From Phoronis australis (taxonomy: Eukaryota > Animalia > Phoronida), in assembly GCA_002633005.1 (NCBI GenBank), contig NMRA01000697.1:62001-126000 (forward strand): a stretch of DNA of 64,000 nt. Direction: 5' to 3'. This document shows, piece by piece, positions 24,721 through 36,351 of this stretch; the stretch's first letter is position 1; each line of letters starts with the position of its first letter. A program made the position numbers and the translations under genes. The notes beneath the pieces were generated by a model. That model saw only the letters and a list, made by a program, of their open reading frames with translations. It did not search any database and was not told the DNA's origin.

Positions 24721-25126
24721 ATGCCACACTGTTGCTGCGTACCGGAATGTACTAATTATCGGCTCACGCGCGCTTTGGGAGTACCTTTGCATCGCTTTCC
24801 GATGGATGACACACTTCGCCGTACTTGGCTCGTTCGTGTGAAGAACGCAGCGTTACCCGTCCACGCAACGTACAAATCAGTGGAGAATTACCGTGTGTGT
24901 GGCAAGCACTTTCTGCCCTCCGGTTACGAAAGGGATTTGTACGCTGAACTGATGAAGGTCCCTGCGAAACAACGCCTGAAGAAGGATGCCATTCCGTCTG
25001 TGTTGATTCCCGGCAGTGCCCCGTCGCCACCCCCCCCGAGAAGTGTGTTTTTGAAGCGAGAAGCCTCGCGAGCTGTGGCCAGTGCAGTGACTGGAGCCAG
25101 TGGAGGCACTTCATCTACTGTCACCC
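24721..25126 (+). CDS. THAP-domain N-terminus of the Kolobok transposase (truncated at the N)
   Basis: MPHCCCVPEC..LHRFP...RRTW....RVCGKHF......RLKKDAIPSV is a complete C2CH THAP signature with AVPT-like box. Confidence 0.85.
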
Positions 25127-25151
25127 NATGTAAGCAGTTTGGGTGCTCAGG

Positions 25152-25559
25152 TCACCATCCAGTGGGAGTGTGTCGCGGGACACTCTGGCAAGTGGGACAG
25201 TTGTTCCTCTGTCGTGGTATGCCGGAGGTCCACTTAACCATGTCCAGTAGTGGCTTGGCCTCGTCGAAATCTGAACAGCACAAGCATTCCATTGAGGCAG
25301 TCATAACAACGCACACAGTGCATTTGCACCAAGATGTGTCACCACGTCTGTCCTCAGTAGCTGCCTCGTTTCTCTCAACAGCTGCCTGTGTCTGTGCGTA
25401 CTCTGCCTCGTTATACTCGGGCTCAAACATGTACCCACCCACTGAATGTCCGTGAAAAAATTCCTCGTCACCACTGCTGTGAACAAGGTCTCCATCATTC
25501 ACACTACTGTCACTGTGATACGGGTCACCGACACCAGCCATTTTCTGCTTACAACACAC
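25152..25559 (-). CDS. P2X7 cytoplasmic-tail-like (KolX/nanor-like) Cys-rich protein, N-terminal part
   Basis: YMFEPEY...RRGDTSWCKCTVCVVMTASMECLCC motif typical of P2X7-like/nanor Zn-binding proteins; convergent to the THAP ORF. Confidence 0.78.
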   Translation of the reverse strand: MCCKQKMAGVGDPYHSDSSVNDGDLVHSSGDEEFFHGHSVGGYMFEPEYNEAEYAQTQAAVERNEAATEDRRGDTSWCKCTVCVVMTASMECLCCSDFDEAKPLLDMVKWTSGIPRQRNNCPTCQSVPRHTPTGW

Positions 25560-27593
25560 TAAACAATCCCTAAATCCAACGTAGTTGAGTTCTCTACTAA
25601 CCTATCTTGCCGCAGAATACTCGTCGATGGAAAGTGGTGGCCACAATTGTTGAAAAACAGCACAAAATAAAAGTAGAATAGAACAGATTCGCACGGTAAA
25701 GTCAAGGCAAAACCAAGTGGCGGGAGCCGCTTGCCTCCTAAAACGTCACTTCCGGAGTAGCGGACGAGTAATTAATAAAATTACGAAAAGCTGTAATTAA
25801 GTGGAAAATATGTCTATGATAACCAACCCACCTTATTTTAGCTCAAAATGACATGGAAAAAGGTTGCCTTCGCCTTTAAAATAATAGATGCTACTGGGTT
25901 AGGTGAACCTCCTTTGACCTTCAAACACATAACAACTGGGGATATAGTTGTGTTTGTGTTCTTTTGAAAATTGGAGGTACAAGAGCAATTACCTATACGA
26001 CTATGCCCCTCCCCTCCTTATGCAAATTGCTTTACATGTGCAGACAGCACTTCATGTTGGTGAAACTACCTGGAATAATTGTGTTTTAGTAACAGTGGGA
26101 CTTAAGATAATTCAAGGGAGAAGCAGACAAGGAACTGGTCATTGGTGAGAGTACGTGAAGGAGAAACTACTGAAGCGTAAGCCTGAGATGTAGATGTCAA
26201 TCCTGTATGCGCTTTTTCTTCACTGTTTCCATACCGTACCTCCGGAGTCGCTTGCCGCTTCACAACACACTGCTGAATCCTCTGTGGCGGCTATCCAAGG
26301 TCAGTGGGAAGGAAAGTGCAACCAACTACTGATATGTCTCGGGTGGTTGATGAATGGAAAATGTATCAGTGTGTTAGAAATGTGCCACCGTTTGATTCCA
26401 GTGCTGCAGTTGAAAGAGTTCTGGAATGGCGTTTTTTCACTGAGTGGGGTGAACGGAAAAATTAGGTATGAAGTGCTCTCATCAATATTGAAAGATGACC
26501 TTGTTCTTGCTCAACTATTGCAGAGTCGGAAAGAAATCTGTCCATTAATTCTCACATGCTTTCTGGTTAAAGCAGTCACGATAGACTTCCACATTTTGAG
26601 GGAAGCTGTTTGGTTTTGTGATCTTGTGGATAGCAAGCCTTAGACAATTCCATTGATGGAGGGACTCAGACTGGCCGGCAAACCTCCACATTCATATTAT
26701 CAAGCATGACTGGAAGAAGAGAGACTAGAGCAGGAGCAATTACAGCAGGAAACACAAACAAGAAAACTTGAAAGGAAGATGGCTCACAAACAGCAGGAAA
26801 AGTTGAAACTTGTGAAAAAACACCTTTTTAGTTAGAAAATATTCTCTCTGAAGAAAAAGAAAATGTCTTTGGAGAGTTGAAGGCTGTGGATGAGCTCATG
26901 TCAGAGGTTAATGCGAAACTCCGAGAAACATTGTCTAGTTCATCAACTAGTTCGTCAACTAGTTCATCAAGCTGTCAGTGACCATTGCATCCATTATGCT
27001 TGACTCTGCAACAGCAGAGTGTGATGAACTGAATAAATGCATTGACGAAATCTGTAGAAAACGAAAGCATCTTGAAAACAAAACACATGAGCTCCTTTAA
27101 AATGCTATGCAAAGAAATTCAAGAAAGCGTAGTTTATGTGCCCAGTATCGTTGAGAACCTCGATTTGTTGAGTGTAACTTACAAACTGTCTAAGTGTTCC
27201 GTATGTGTATTTAGAATATAGTTTTTACTGAAAATTTCCCATTTTCCTATTTTTTCAAGGCGTTGTGTTACTTGACACCATGAGAGTTGATGTTGATATG
27301 TTTTCAACAATAAGTAAACAATTGTTAGGAAGTATTAATGAACCCTCATGAATAGAATTTCAAGTGTCAAAGTTTCACTGGTCACCTTGTGTAATATTGA
27401 TCCTTTAGACTCTCACTCTAGCAAGTTAGCCTGCTTTCCTTATTGTAATCGTTAAAAATTGAAATTGAAAAAAAAAATCTTCACTTTTCGGCTCATGCGT
27501 TCAGTTTGAATCTGAATAATATAGCTGATTCTCAAGAATGTTTGTGTGTTGGGCTGTGATGATTTGGTTTTACTTGATGTTACTTTATTTCAG

Positions 27594-27752
27594 GTATCAT
27601 ATCCTGACATTCCGAAAAAGCCTGTCAGCCCATATATAATGTTTTATCAAAAGTACAGAAAATCTGTTTGTGATGAGAATCCGGACTTGACCGCCATAGA
27701 ATGTACAAAGCTTATTGGCAAGAAATTCAATGAACTGGCACCTAAGAAAAGG
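27594..27752 (+). CDS. UBTF: UBTF-like exon, HMG box 1
   Basis: YPDIPKKPVSPYIMFYQKYRKSVCDENPDLTAIECTKLIGKKFNELAPKKR, HMG-box consensus. Confidence 0.93.
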
Positions 27753-29124
27753 GTACGTGTCACATGACTGAAGTAGAATAATTCCACTGACGTACACATC
27801 CATCAGGTACTTTTGTGGCCTTAGTTTTTGCGCTGCCTGTGACCCATGTATTGCGGATTGTGGTGGACAAACAAAATTTTATTTATTCAGTCTTTTCTAC
27901 GAAAGCGGCAAAGTGAGGCCATTACTACTGGCAGGTGATATGTTGAAAAGTTAATCATCCATAACATTGTTGAAATTTCTGGAAAAATTATGAATGCATT
28001 TTTGGGAATTATTTTGCAGTGTGTACTCGATTTTAAATGAAAAAAATCATATACACATTCTTGTAACGATGCAAAAGTGTCCCATCTCTATAACAATAAT
28101 GGGTGGCGCTGTTGACCCAATAAGTTTCCGTTATTGTTTACTGTGATTATTGTTGAGGAGCCGTTTGTCGTAGTAACTGGCATAAAATGTGTTGTGTGTG
28201 CTATTTGTGTTATTAGGTTGATATTTATATAATATTTGTTAGTTTTTGTTTGTGAAGATCAGCCAATAAGAGTAGTTTTTTATTTTCCTTTTTGAAAATT
28301 TAATTTCTCATTGCTTGATTACATGCATCAATTTAGTAGTATCTAGAAAATGGTCATGTGAAACTCACAAATGCCGTAAGAAATCATGCCATTCCTCATA
28401 AAAACTATCACAATTTAGTTTATGGTGCACTCTGCAGGAACCCAATCCTCTGAGATGTTTTTGAATACTTCATATGATATGGCTGGTATTTCTCAGTGTT
28501 GACTATGCATGAAACAAGAGCAGTGTAATGTAGTCTGCTCAGCATTGGGTGGGCATTTTATTTACACTGCATTCACTTCCAATGAGCAAACCCTGAGATG
28601 GACACAGACCCAATAGTCCGTGGTGAGCCGGTTAGGAGGAGCTTGAGATTTCTGTTTGTGCGCCAGACCATTAATGACATATTGCATGCATCGCAAATCA
28701 TTACCTGAGGAACAGTAATTAACCCTCGTCTGAAAATGTCTCCAAGCTAAGGTCCTGGGTTTTAGACTTTTAACAAAGGTAACACTTAGTCTCATACAGT
28801 GCCTTCTTTGAAAACCATTAGCCATTAGTTCATGTTATGGACTATACCTTTTCTTTTGTTTTGTTAACACGGCAAATTTGGATTCCTAGTTAAAACATGG
28901 TAAAACCATTAGCCAAAATTGAGTTCACTGATTGATTTACCTGAAAAATTCACTGCTGTTTACTTTATTTGCACCAGATTGAAGTTTTGATTGTAGCTTT
29001 ACCTAATTAGCATTGTGTGGATTTTTAGACTCTTCCGTTCACATTCATATTTTCAGGTGCAAATTATTGAAATATTCGTGTTTTTTTCTTTGGTGCTAAT
29101 TCTATTCACTTTTACTAAAATTAG

Positions 29125-29349
29125 AAAAAGTATGAGGATAAGTACAAGGAGGCGATGGAAGAATACAGACAAAGTTATGAAGAATTTTTAGACCGGCATC
29201 CGGAGTGTCGGAATCTGGACAAGAAAAGGGTCAAGGTGAAGGCTAGCCCAGGTAATAGGACCAAGATCACGCTTCCAGCCAGACCTTCGACTGCAATGCA
29301 GATATATGTCAAATACAAGATTGAGGAGCACTTAACAAGGTCCCCGAAT
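29125..29349 (+). CDS. UBTF: UBTF-like exon, end of HMG box 1 and start of box 2
   Basis: KKYEDKYKEAMEEYRQSYEEFLDRHPE...LPARPSTAMQIYVKYKIEEHLTRSPN; phase 0-0. Confidence 0.9.
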
Positions 29350-31291
29350 GTGAGTTTTCAATGTTACAGTTGGAGTCACGTTAGTGTCGTGGTTCAGGTA
29401 ATATATACTAATCGCTTGTTATCAACGTTAGGAAGCAACCACCAACTTCTTAGGGACAAATGGTCTGGCGTCCGTCTGTCTTCCGTTCATTGGTGGGGCA
29501 TTTTCAATTGCTTTGAAATACTTTTGTATCTGCCAAATCCCTTGACGAATCTTCACAAAACTTGGTAGAAGTGTTTGTATCAAGAAAGTGGCGTCGCCCG
29601 ACAATTTTTAGACGCCTGTATTATATCATGTGTCCTTTTATGTCAATTTTTTTACCCTTTTTTGGCATTCCTCTCAATCTGTCAAACAGTTTGAAAAATC
29701 TTCGTGAAGTGGAAATGATTTGTTTTTATTCATGTGGACGTGACTTATGTGGACGTGGCTCACGTCGATTACTTTGAATGTTCATCTTGTAATTTGTGAG
29801 GTATGTTTCTCATGAAGAGCGCATGGCAGGCGTTCATACTTTTGTCAACGAATCTGGGTATTGTTTTTCCCTCTGGTTGCAGTTTAATTATTTATTTATT
29901 TATTTTGCATTTACTTCCAATAGCTGCAATGTTCATGAATCGTCATGGAATTTAGAAAGTGTGTTCATGTTAATGAGAACTCAGCTGATGTTGTCTTACA
30001 GATTGATCTGACTTCTGCTGTGCAGTCATATATTTTGCTGCTGCTTCTGGAACTCCCAAATTCCTTGGGCACATTTCAATGCTCTGCATGTAGTTTGTTG
30101 TTCACTTGTGTTTTTTACCTTTCTATCCAACAAATTTTTTGAAGGATCACCAGGAAATTTTTGAAATGCGCTTCTATTGACTGAAAACTGACTTATGTTG
30201 GCTCTTAGCATTTACCTCGATATCTATCAAATTTGATGAGGGTTCTTGATGATGAGATAAGATTTTATATAGGATAGAACAACTTGGTTCACCCACAGTG
30301 TGAAGACAGAACAGCAGAGTTAAAACTGTTTAACTGACATCAAATATGTCACAGAGTAGAGAAGTACCAGTCAAGAACTTCAATGTGGAAACAAACCAAA
30401 AAAACACCATAACTACAAGAAATAATAATCCCTGCATGATATAGTAAATAAACCATGTCCTGAGTTAAAGTAATATCCAAAAACTGTCAAGTAAACCTGA
30501 AGTACAACTCATGAACTCACATAGCAAAGTTACAAACCCGCTAATGTGCACATGGTGAGGGGAATTGAACATATTGTCATGGGAGTCAACTGGTGGAAGA
30601 AATGCAAACTACAGAACTGAAAACACATGTCTCTGAAGCGAGAACCTTCACTGTTGAAGAATACCCCTATTTTAAACACAAGTCAAGCTATAAGTTACAG
30701 TATATACTACTAAACCAGTAAAAACTTTTCTTGAACGCTGTGACAGACATTTAAACATGGAAACTGAGACAAAACAGGAATGCATCCAACCTCTACAGGA
30801 AGCAAGGTAATAACAGGACCAGGTAACAGTAAAATGTGTCATGGCTTAGACACAGGTTTCAACAAAACAATAAATGTGACATAGCAATACTGAAACATCA
30901 AATATCCAACAGATAGGGCAGAACCAATGACTCAAAATAATGTTAACTCAACGAACCACAACACTTGTGCATTTTTGGATTGTTTTGTTATCCTACCTGC
31001 CAGTGTCATTGATCAGAAAAATTAACCAGGCAGATAAGTTTTATTGAGCATGAGTAGCATCAATGATTGGATGGATTTGACGATTGCCGTGCCACCTAGT
31101 GGTGATTTTAATGTTCTTTGCAGCAATCTGTAAATCTTCCAGTGTTGCATTCTAAAATTTTCGGGTAACTAACACGACATCAAGTTGGCTAAATTTTAAG
31201 TTCACCGATATTACTCACTTTAGTGTGTGGAAATGTTTGAGCAAACTTCCATTTGTGATGCACTACAACGGTTGGCATTGCCGTTATTTAA

Positions 31292-34200
31292 GAGTGACTC
31301 CATATAAAAACCAACAGGTAGAGTCTATACCCAAAATCACCGATTTTTTTGAAACTTAGCACAAAAGTTTGATTTGTTGAGAAGTAGAAAAACCTCACTT
31401 TTTAAGAATTTTCATTCATTATTTTTCTTTTTATGACCTGTACCTCCATTTTGCAACAAAATTGGGCGTCGAAGTAGGCATGTTTGAATGCATTTTACTA
31501 GCATGTATGATACGGTCAAAACAAATGAATAATACGAATTGAAAGGGCAATGGCTGAATAATGTAATGGCATAACTTTCAAAATCCATTTTTAAATTTAT
31601 ACGTTTTGAATTTGTGAGGCAAAAACGGTTATTTTTCAGGTTTTCACTGAAGCCATTTTCGGCCACATTTGACACTCTGTAGCAGCCATAACGCACCTTT
31701 CCTGAAATTGACTTTATAATAATTTGTTAGGTCATTCCTAACCTGTTTATAATCTAAAATAAAAAATCTTGCCTCTAATGTAGTTTTTGCGTACGAAGCA
31801 TTACACGAACTGCACTTCGTCCTTTTTGCATGTTCTCAGTTGCCTCTGCTGCCAATAGGGGGCTCTTGGAACATATAATAAGCTTGCGAAACACGAAATA
31901 AAAACTTTGTATTTTGGAGAAAAGGCAGACAGCATTATTAATTACCATTCTATGAAAACGGCATTGATGATTACTACTTATTACAAAAATGTGTACGTAA
32001 ATCAACTGGCATGCGTGCTTCTAAATGATAGATGGCGCTGCTTTTGTTTACGTGGAGACTGAAGACGCATCTAGAATAAGAGCAGTAACACGAGGACCTT
32101 GCTATAATTCAAGACTTCGCGAGATGTTGCCGTGTATTTTAAATGAGAACACGTGGTTTTGGATAAATTTTAGAGAGGTTCTAGTGTTACTGAACTCACC
32201 CCTGCCTTGTTTTCTATCTGCCTTGTTCGTGCCACAGGCAAAGGAAGGCACCCAAGGTGGATATGCCCCGGCCCCTAGTGTTCAGTGCAAAAAATCCTTC
32301 AACTTGTCAATAGTCATTGTAACTTTGGGTTCATATTGTAATGTCCCTGCTGGTTGCTACAAATTTTAGTCGCCACCAGTCGCCAGAAATCTGGTGTTCC
32401 CCCCACACACACCGGGCACCCTAACGCTGAATATTTCTGCCAGTGTGATCATCAGTGGTATAAAAAGGTACACATTCACAGTTAATAGAAAATAATTCGC
32501 GAAAGACAATTTTATTAATGACTACTTCATGACAGACATGAAGTAAACAGAAGTAACGGTCTCGACTTCATATATCACACATCTTTGACTGGTATGCTAC
32601 AAAACTAGGCTAAACGTTGAGCTCATTTATCACTTCATTCAGTAAACATAACAGCATCTTCAGCAGAAATAGCATCGTCATAAACATTGCTGCAGACAAC
32701 CTCGAAAAAATCCACCAATCTGCGATTCACTTAACATCACAGGTAAATTTACACTTTCACAGTGGGTTCTCGGCGTAATGTTTTCTCCCGGCATTTTGGC
32801 ACTTCCGAGGGTGAAAGTTTTTACCTGACTTTCTCCTTCATCGAATATGTTCGTCAGAAAGTTCTTAACCTTTGATGAAAATCTTGTTGACCTTTTACCT
32901 TTTTTCAATGCCTAACCTATTGCTTCAGCATTCGTCTCATCCACATTGTACTCTGAGGCTGCCTCAAATGACGCTCCGGGTTCTTGCATCTAAAAGCATT
33001 TCTGACGACTGTCGTGCGATGTGGTCATACACTGTACGTGTTCAGTGTGGTTACCCACATCCAAATGCCGACCTAGTTCTGCGTCTGTAGCAAAAAATTT
33101 CGAGTAACCTTGCTGGGTACAAGGGAACTTTTGTTGAGGCTCTTCACTAGATACAATTCCAACCTTAAGTCTTGGTGTTGAAAATCCGCCATGTCTAGAG
33201 ATGTTAGTGTAATTTAGAGAAATAGGTTTCCCATTTTCTCAGTATTTGTAAGAACTTACCGTCATCTACATGGAATGATTTCCACACGTGAATTCCTTGG
33301 ATGGAATAGTGGGAATTTGGGAATGTCCTTATACCAGGAACTGAGTATTTTGGAAAAGACTTTGTTGCATTGACTGAAAATGCATACACATAACATCCCT
33401 TCACACGGCCACTGGAAAGTAGTGCTTCTTTCAAATCCAGAAAGTTTATGATATTATTACTTTCGGCTACAAAGTACTTTGCATGTTGTTTGAGTGGAGC
33501 GATCTTGCGATCACAGAGATCCTTTCCATTCTGACTTTCACTAAAGTCATATCTCGAAACAGAAATGCCGGTAGAATTTGACAAGGGTGCTACGTTCAGG
33601 AGGAGAGGAGCAGAGTGGTAACATCCAGCATTACCTGACTCTTCCATGACTGGTCCTGTTCAGTCAGAAATTCACCGACTCTGGGTAGTACGAGTCCGTA
33701 CTCTGGAACAGGCCTTGCTTTGTGAAGTAGTTTCTTGTATCTCAAATGTTCAGTGGTGTCTTTGACATGACTCACTAAAGCACACAGCTTTTGTGATTTT
33801 TTGAAGAATAAACTCTAAAGGAACATGAAGGCCCATCGACATCGTCCGCCATTTTGTCTTTTTAAAATGCACTTGCTTCTCTCAAAACCAGACATTACAA
33901 ATATCAATTCTTACTCGTTTAATCTTAAAGGCATTTATTTCCATTCAAAAGTTGTACAGAGTGTTTAAATTAACCTGATTATGTAAAAGAAATGAAAGAA
34001 TACGAGAGGATTACACGTACATTTTTTATAAATCCTCAAGCTTTAAACCTCAACTGACTTCCTCAGTGGGCAAAGGTCATCGGGTTCAGTTTTGATACTA
34101 GCCGCGTAATAAACCCAGAAAACATCTTGTTTTCATTTGAAAGACTTTAGACTTGGTTTCTATAACTATTTAAAGCAGACTTCTTGCCTAAAAGTTTGTT

Positions 34201-34778
34201 CAAATGGTTTGTAAACTCTGCTCGTCATTTCCAAACTATGAAAATAGACAGTTTTGCAAGACAATTTTCACTAAAGTGCAAAGTTGAGGCAAGATTTTTT
34301 ATTGCTCAGTCATCAAGACTAACTCTTTAACTGTATGTTCAAAACGTCACATAAGGCTACAAGGTGTTTTATGGCAGTAAGAAGGTCACAAAAATGGCCA
34401 CTAAAATTAGCCCCAAAAAGTGGTCTGTGGATTATCTCCCCTGTCTAGCATAAAACTGTTAGATTTTAATAAATGGCACAGAATTATGCACAGTATACGT
34501 TGGTTATTTCAGCCACCAAAATATAGCTTTTGATCTATTTTGTATGTTACTCATTTTTGTTGCTGAAAACATGCGATTTTTGAGACGGCTAATATGCCCA
34601 ATTGTGCCAATTTGTGTTATCATGCTCCAGCGGCGAAATTAGGGGTCATTGAGTGCGCAAAATTTGGCATTTGGGTTTTTGTAAGGATACCTACCCATGT
34701 ACAAAAAATGAAGTTGTTTTAAATTTTGACGTATAGACTGATTTTTGAAAATCTACTGGTTTTTATATGGACTGCCTC
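31292..34778 (-). mobile_element. Decayed Sola3-like DNA transposon
   Basis: TTAA flanks, GAG..CTC termini, imperfect TIR (tccatataaaaacca); transposase relics NAGCYH..DFSESQNGKDLCDRK (33204-33647) and KKGKRSTRFS..IGGFFR (32678-32908). Confidence 0.7.
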
Positions 34779-35096
34779 TTAATAAGTGGTCAACAACTTT
34801 TCAATTTGAGCAGACTTGTAAATTTAGATTTATTAAGTGTTTTAATATTAACGATTATTACACCCAACTGCTGTCATGTATGGAGTCATGACAAAATGGG
34901 CTTCGACTACTAAAGAATAAGGGTTAAAGGTTAAGAATTACTTAAACATTTGCCCACGTCTTGTATAACAAATTGACCTACTTAAGGGCATCCAACCTTG
35001 TGTTACTCATCTGCCATTGTACTTATCAAACTCGTCATTAGGACAAGGGTCACCTATTCCCATTTCTGTAATGAGGTGAAATGTTGGTTCTTTTAG

Positions 35097-35207
35097 GATA
35101 ACAAGAAGGAGCTGGTTAAACAATACCAGCAAAAGTTCAGAGATCTGAAAGACAATAAAAAGCTCAAGTTCATCAACAAGGCTCTAGCTGAGTATTCCAT
35201 CTACCAG
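35097..35207 (+). CDS. UBTF: UBTF-like exon, HMG box 2
   Basis: DNKKELVKQYQQKFRDLKDNKKLKFINKALAEYSIYQ resembles UBF box 2 (L.D.K.LKWI.KALE). Confidence 0.9.
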
Positions 35208-36351
35208 GTATGTGGTGTGTTTTGTTTTAAACATCCAAAAGAACATGCGTTTCAGTCAGCTTAAGCTGCTGCAACCCATCTTCTCTTTGTAAAAATAACT
35301 TAATTTAGACTGGCTTCAGCTGGCTCAGTATTCAGATTTGTGGCCATTTCTGGAGTTGGGAAGGCCTGACAGTTTGTTATTGCTTGTTGAAAATAGGGTC
35401 AAAAGTGGACTTGACCCTGCTGGCCATTTTTTCCACCGAGGGTGGTTTCAACCAATAATGCATTATGTGTTTACCAAGCCCTGGAATCACTGTTTATCGT
35501 AATAATGAACGAGTTAAGATCAATATTACTATATGGTAAGTGGTCTAAAGTTGAAAGTTTGTTGTAACTGATTTTGTTTCCAAGAGTCACATTTTTACAA
35601 TTTATTTTTAGGTTTTAGAAAGGTTGATATTGCTTATTTGAAACATAGAACTTTATATATAGAGGTCAGTTAAGAGGAACTATATGCCAGCTAGTTGTGG
35701 TTGACTGTCTTCATAAATTGGACTTGGGTTTGCGTTGTAAAGTGGCCAGGTTGTAGTCAATGTACGCTAGCAACATGGTCTTGTGTATCTTGCTGGAGCT
35801 TTGTTTTTCTTCACTTTTGATTGGTTTTATTTTTTTGGAATTTAAACTAGACAAGAATTCACAGTAGTTTCCCATTAACATTTTAACAATATTTCACATA
35901 TGTCTAGTAAAATATCTTAGCTTTATTCTCGGGGGAACTCTGGTCTAGCTACTTTAACACGGGGTAAAGGCTATCCTTTGGTAATGAAGGTAGGTGGTAG
36001 GCAAATACTGTACCACTGGGCCACACCACCTTTTTGTTTGCTGAAATTTAATTAGAAGCCTTGTTGCGACTGTGACATTCCTGCTTGTTTTGTTGATAAT
36101 CATCATTGCGTTTACGTATGCCTCTGCTAAGTTTTCCTGGGCCAATTAAATTTTTAGGAAACATAAAAACTAGAGTGGAATTAGTGCACCTCTGAATGGT
36201 TAGTGAAGAAGTAGAATTGATTTTTGATTGATACACATACATCATTTGACTATTAAAAGTCAGATCTGGAGGTGAGGTCACGTCCCACCAACAATTTTTG
36301 CCTTCCTATGGTTATGCAACACAACCACTACCATAGACATCTTAATACTAT

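Larger units (their letters stand above)
24456..25875 (+). mobile_element. Kolobok DNA transposon (internally incomplete at the N at 25127)
   Basis: TTAA on both sides (24452-24455, 25876-25879), AG..CT termini, about 147-bp TIRs (24456-24602, 25729-25875), two convergent ORFs. Confidence 0.88.
24313..27282 (+). mobile_element. Decayed hAT-like DNA transposon hosting a nested Kolobok element
   Basis: TIR caaggtgtcaagt / acttgacaccatg; subterminal ttcctattttt repeats at both ends; relic ORF 26194-26643 (EFWNGVFSL..GKIRYEVLSSILK) resembles a hAT C-terminal dimerisation region. Confidence 0.6.

Noticed and set aside
25127-25455. C-terminal half of the 244-aa THAP ORF
   Set aside because: Reads through an N junction into the antisense strand of the P2X7-like ORF; not a real continuation.
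21595-30012. Similar ctga-containing motifs at about 21600 and 29970 as possible box C/D snoRNAs
   Set aside because: No convincing RUGAUGA box or terminal stem; similarity extends downstream, which suggests an old repeat.
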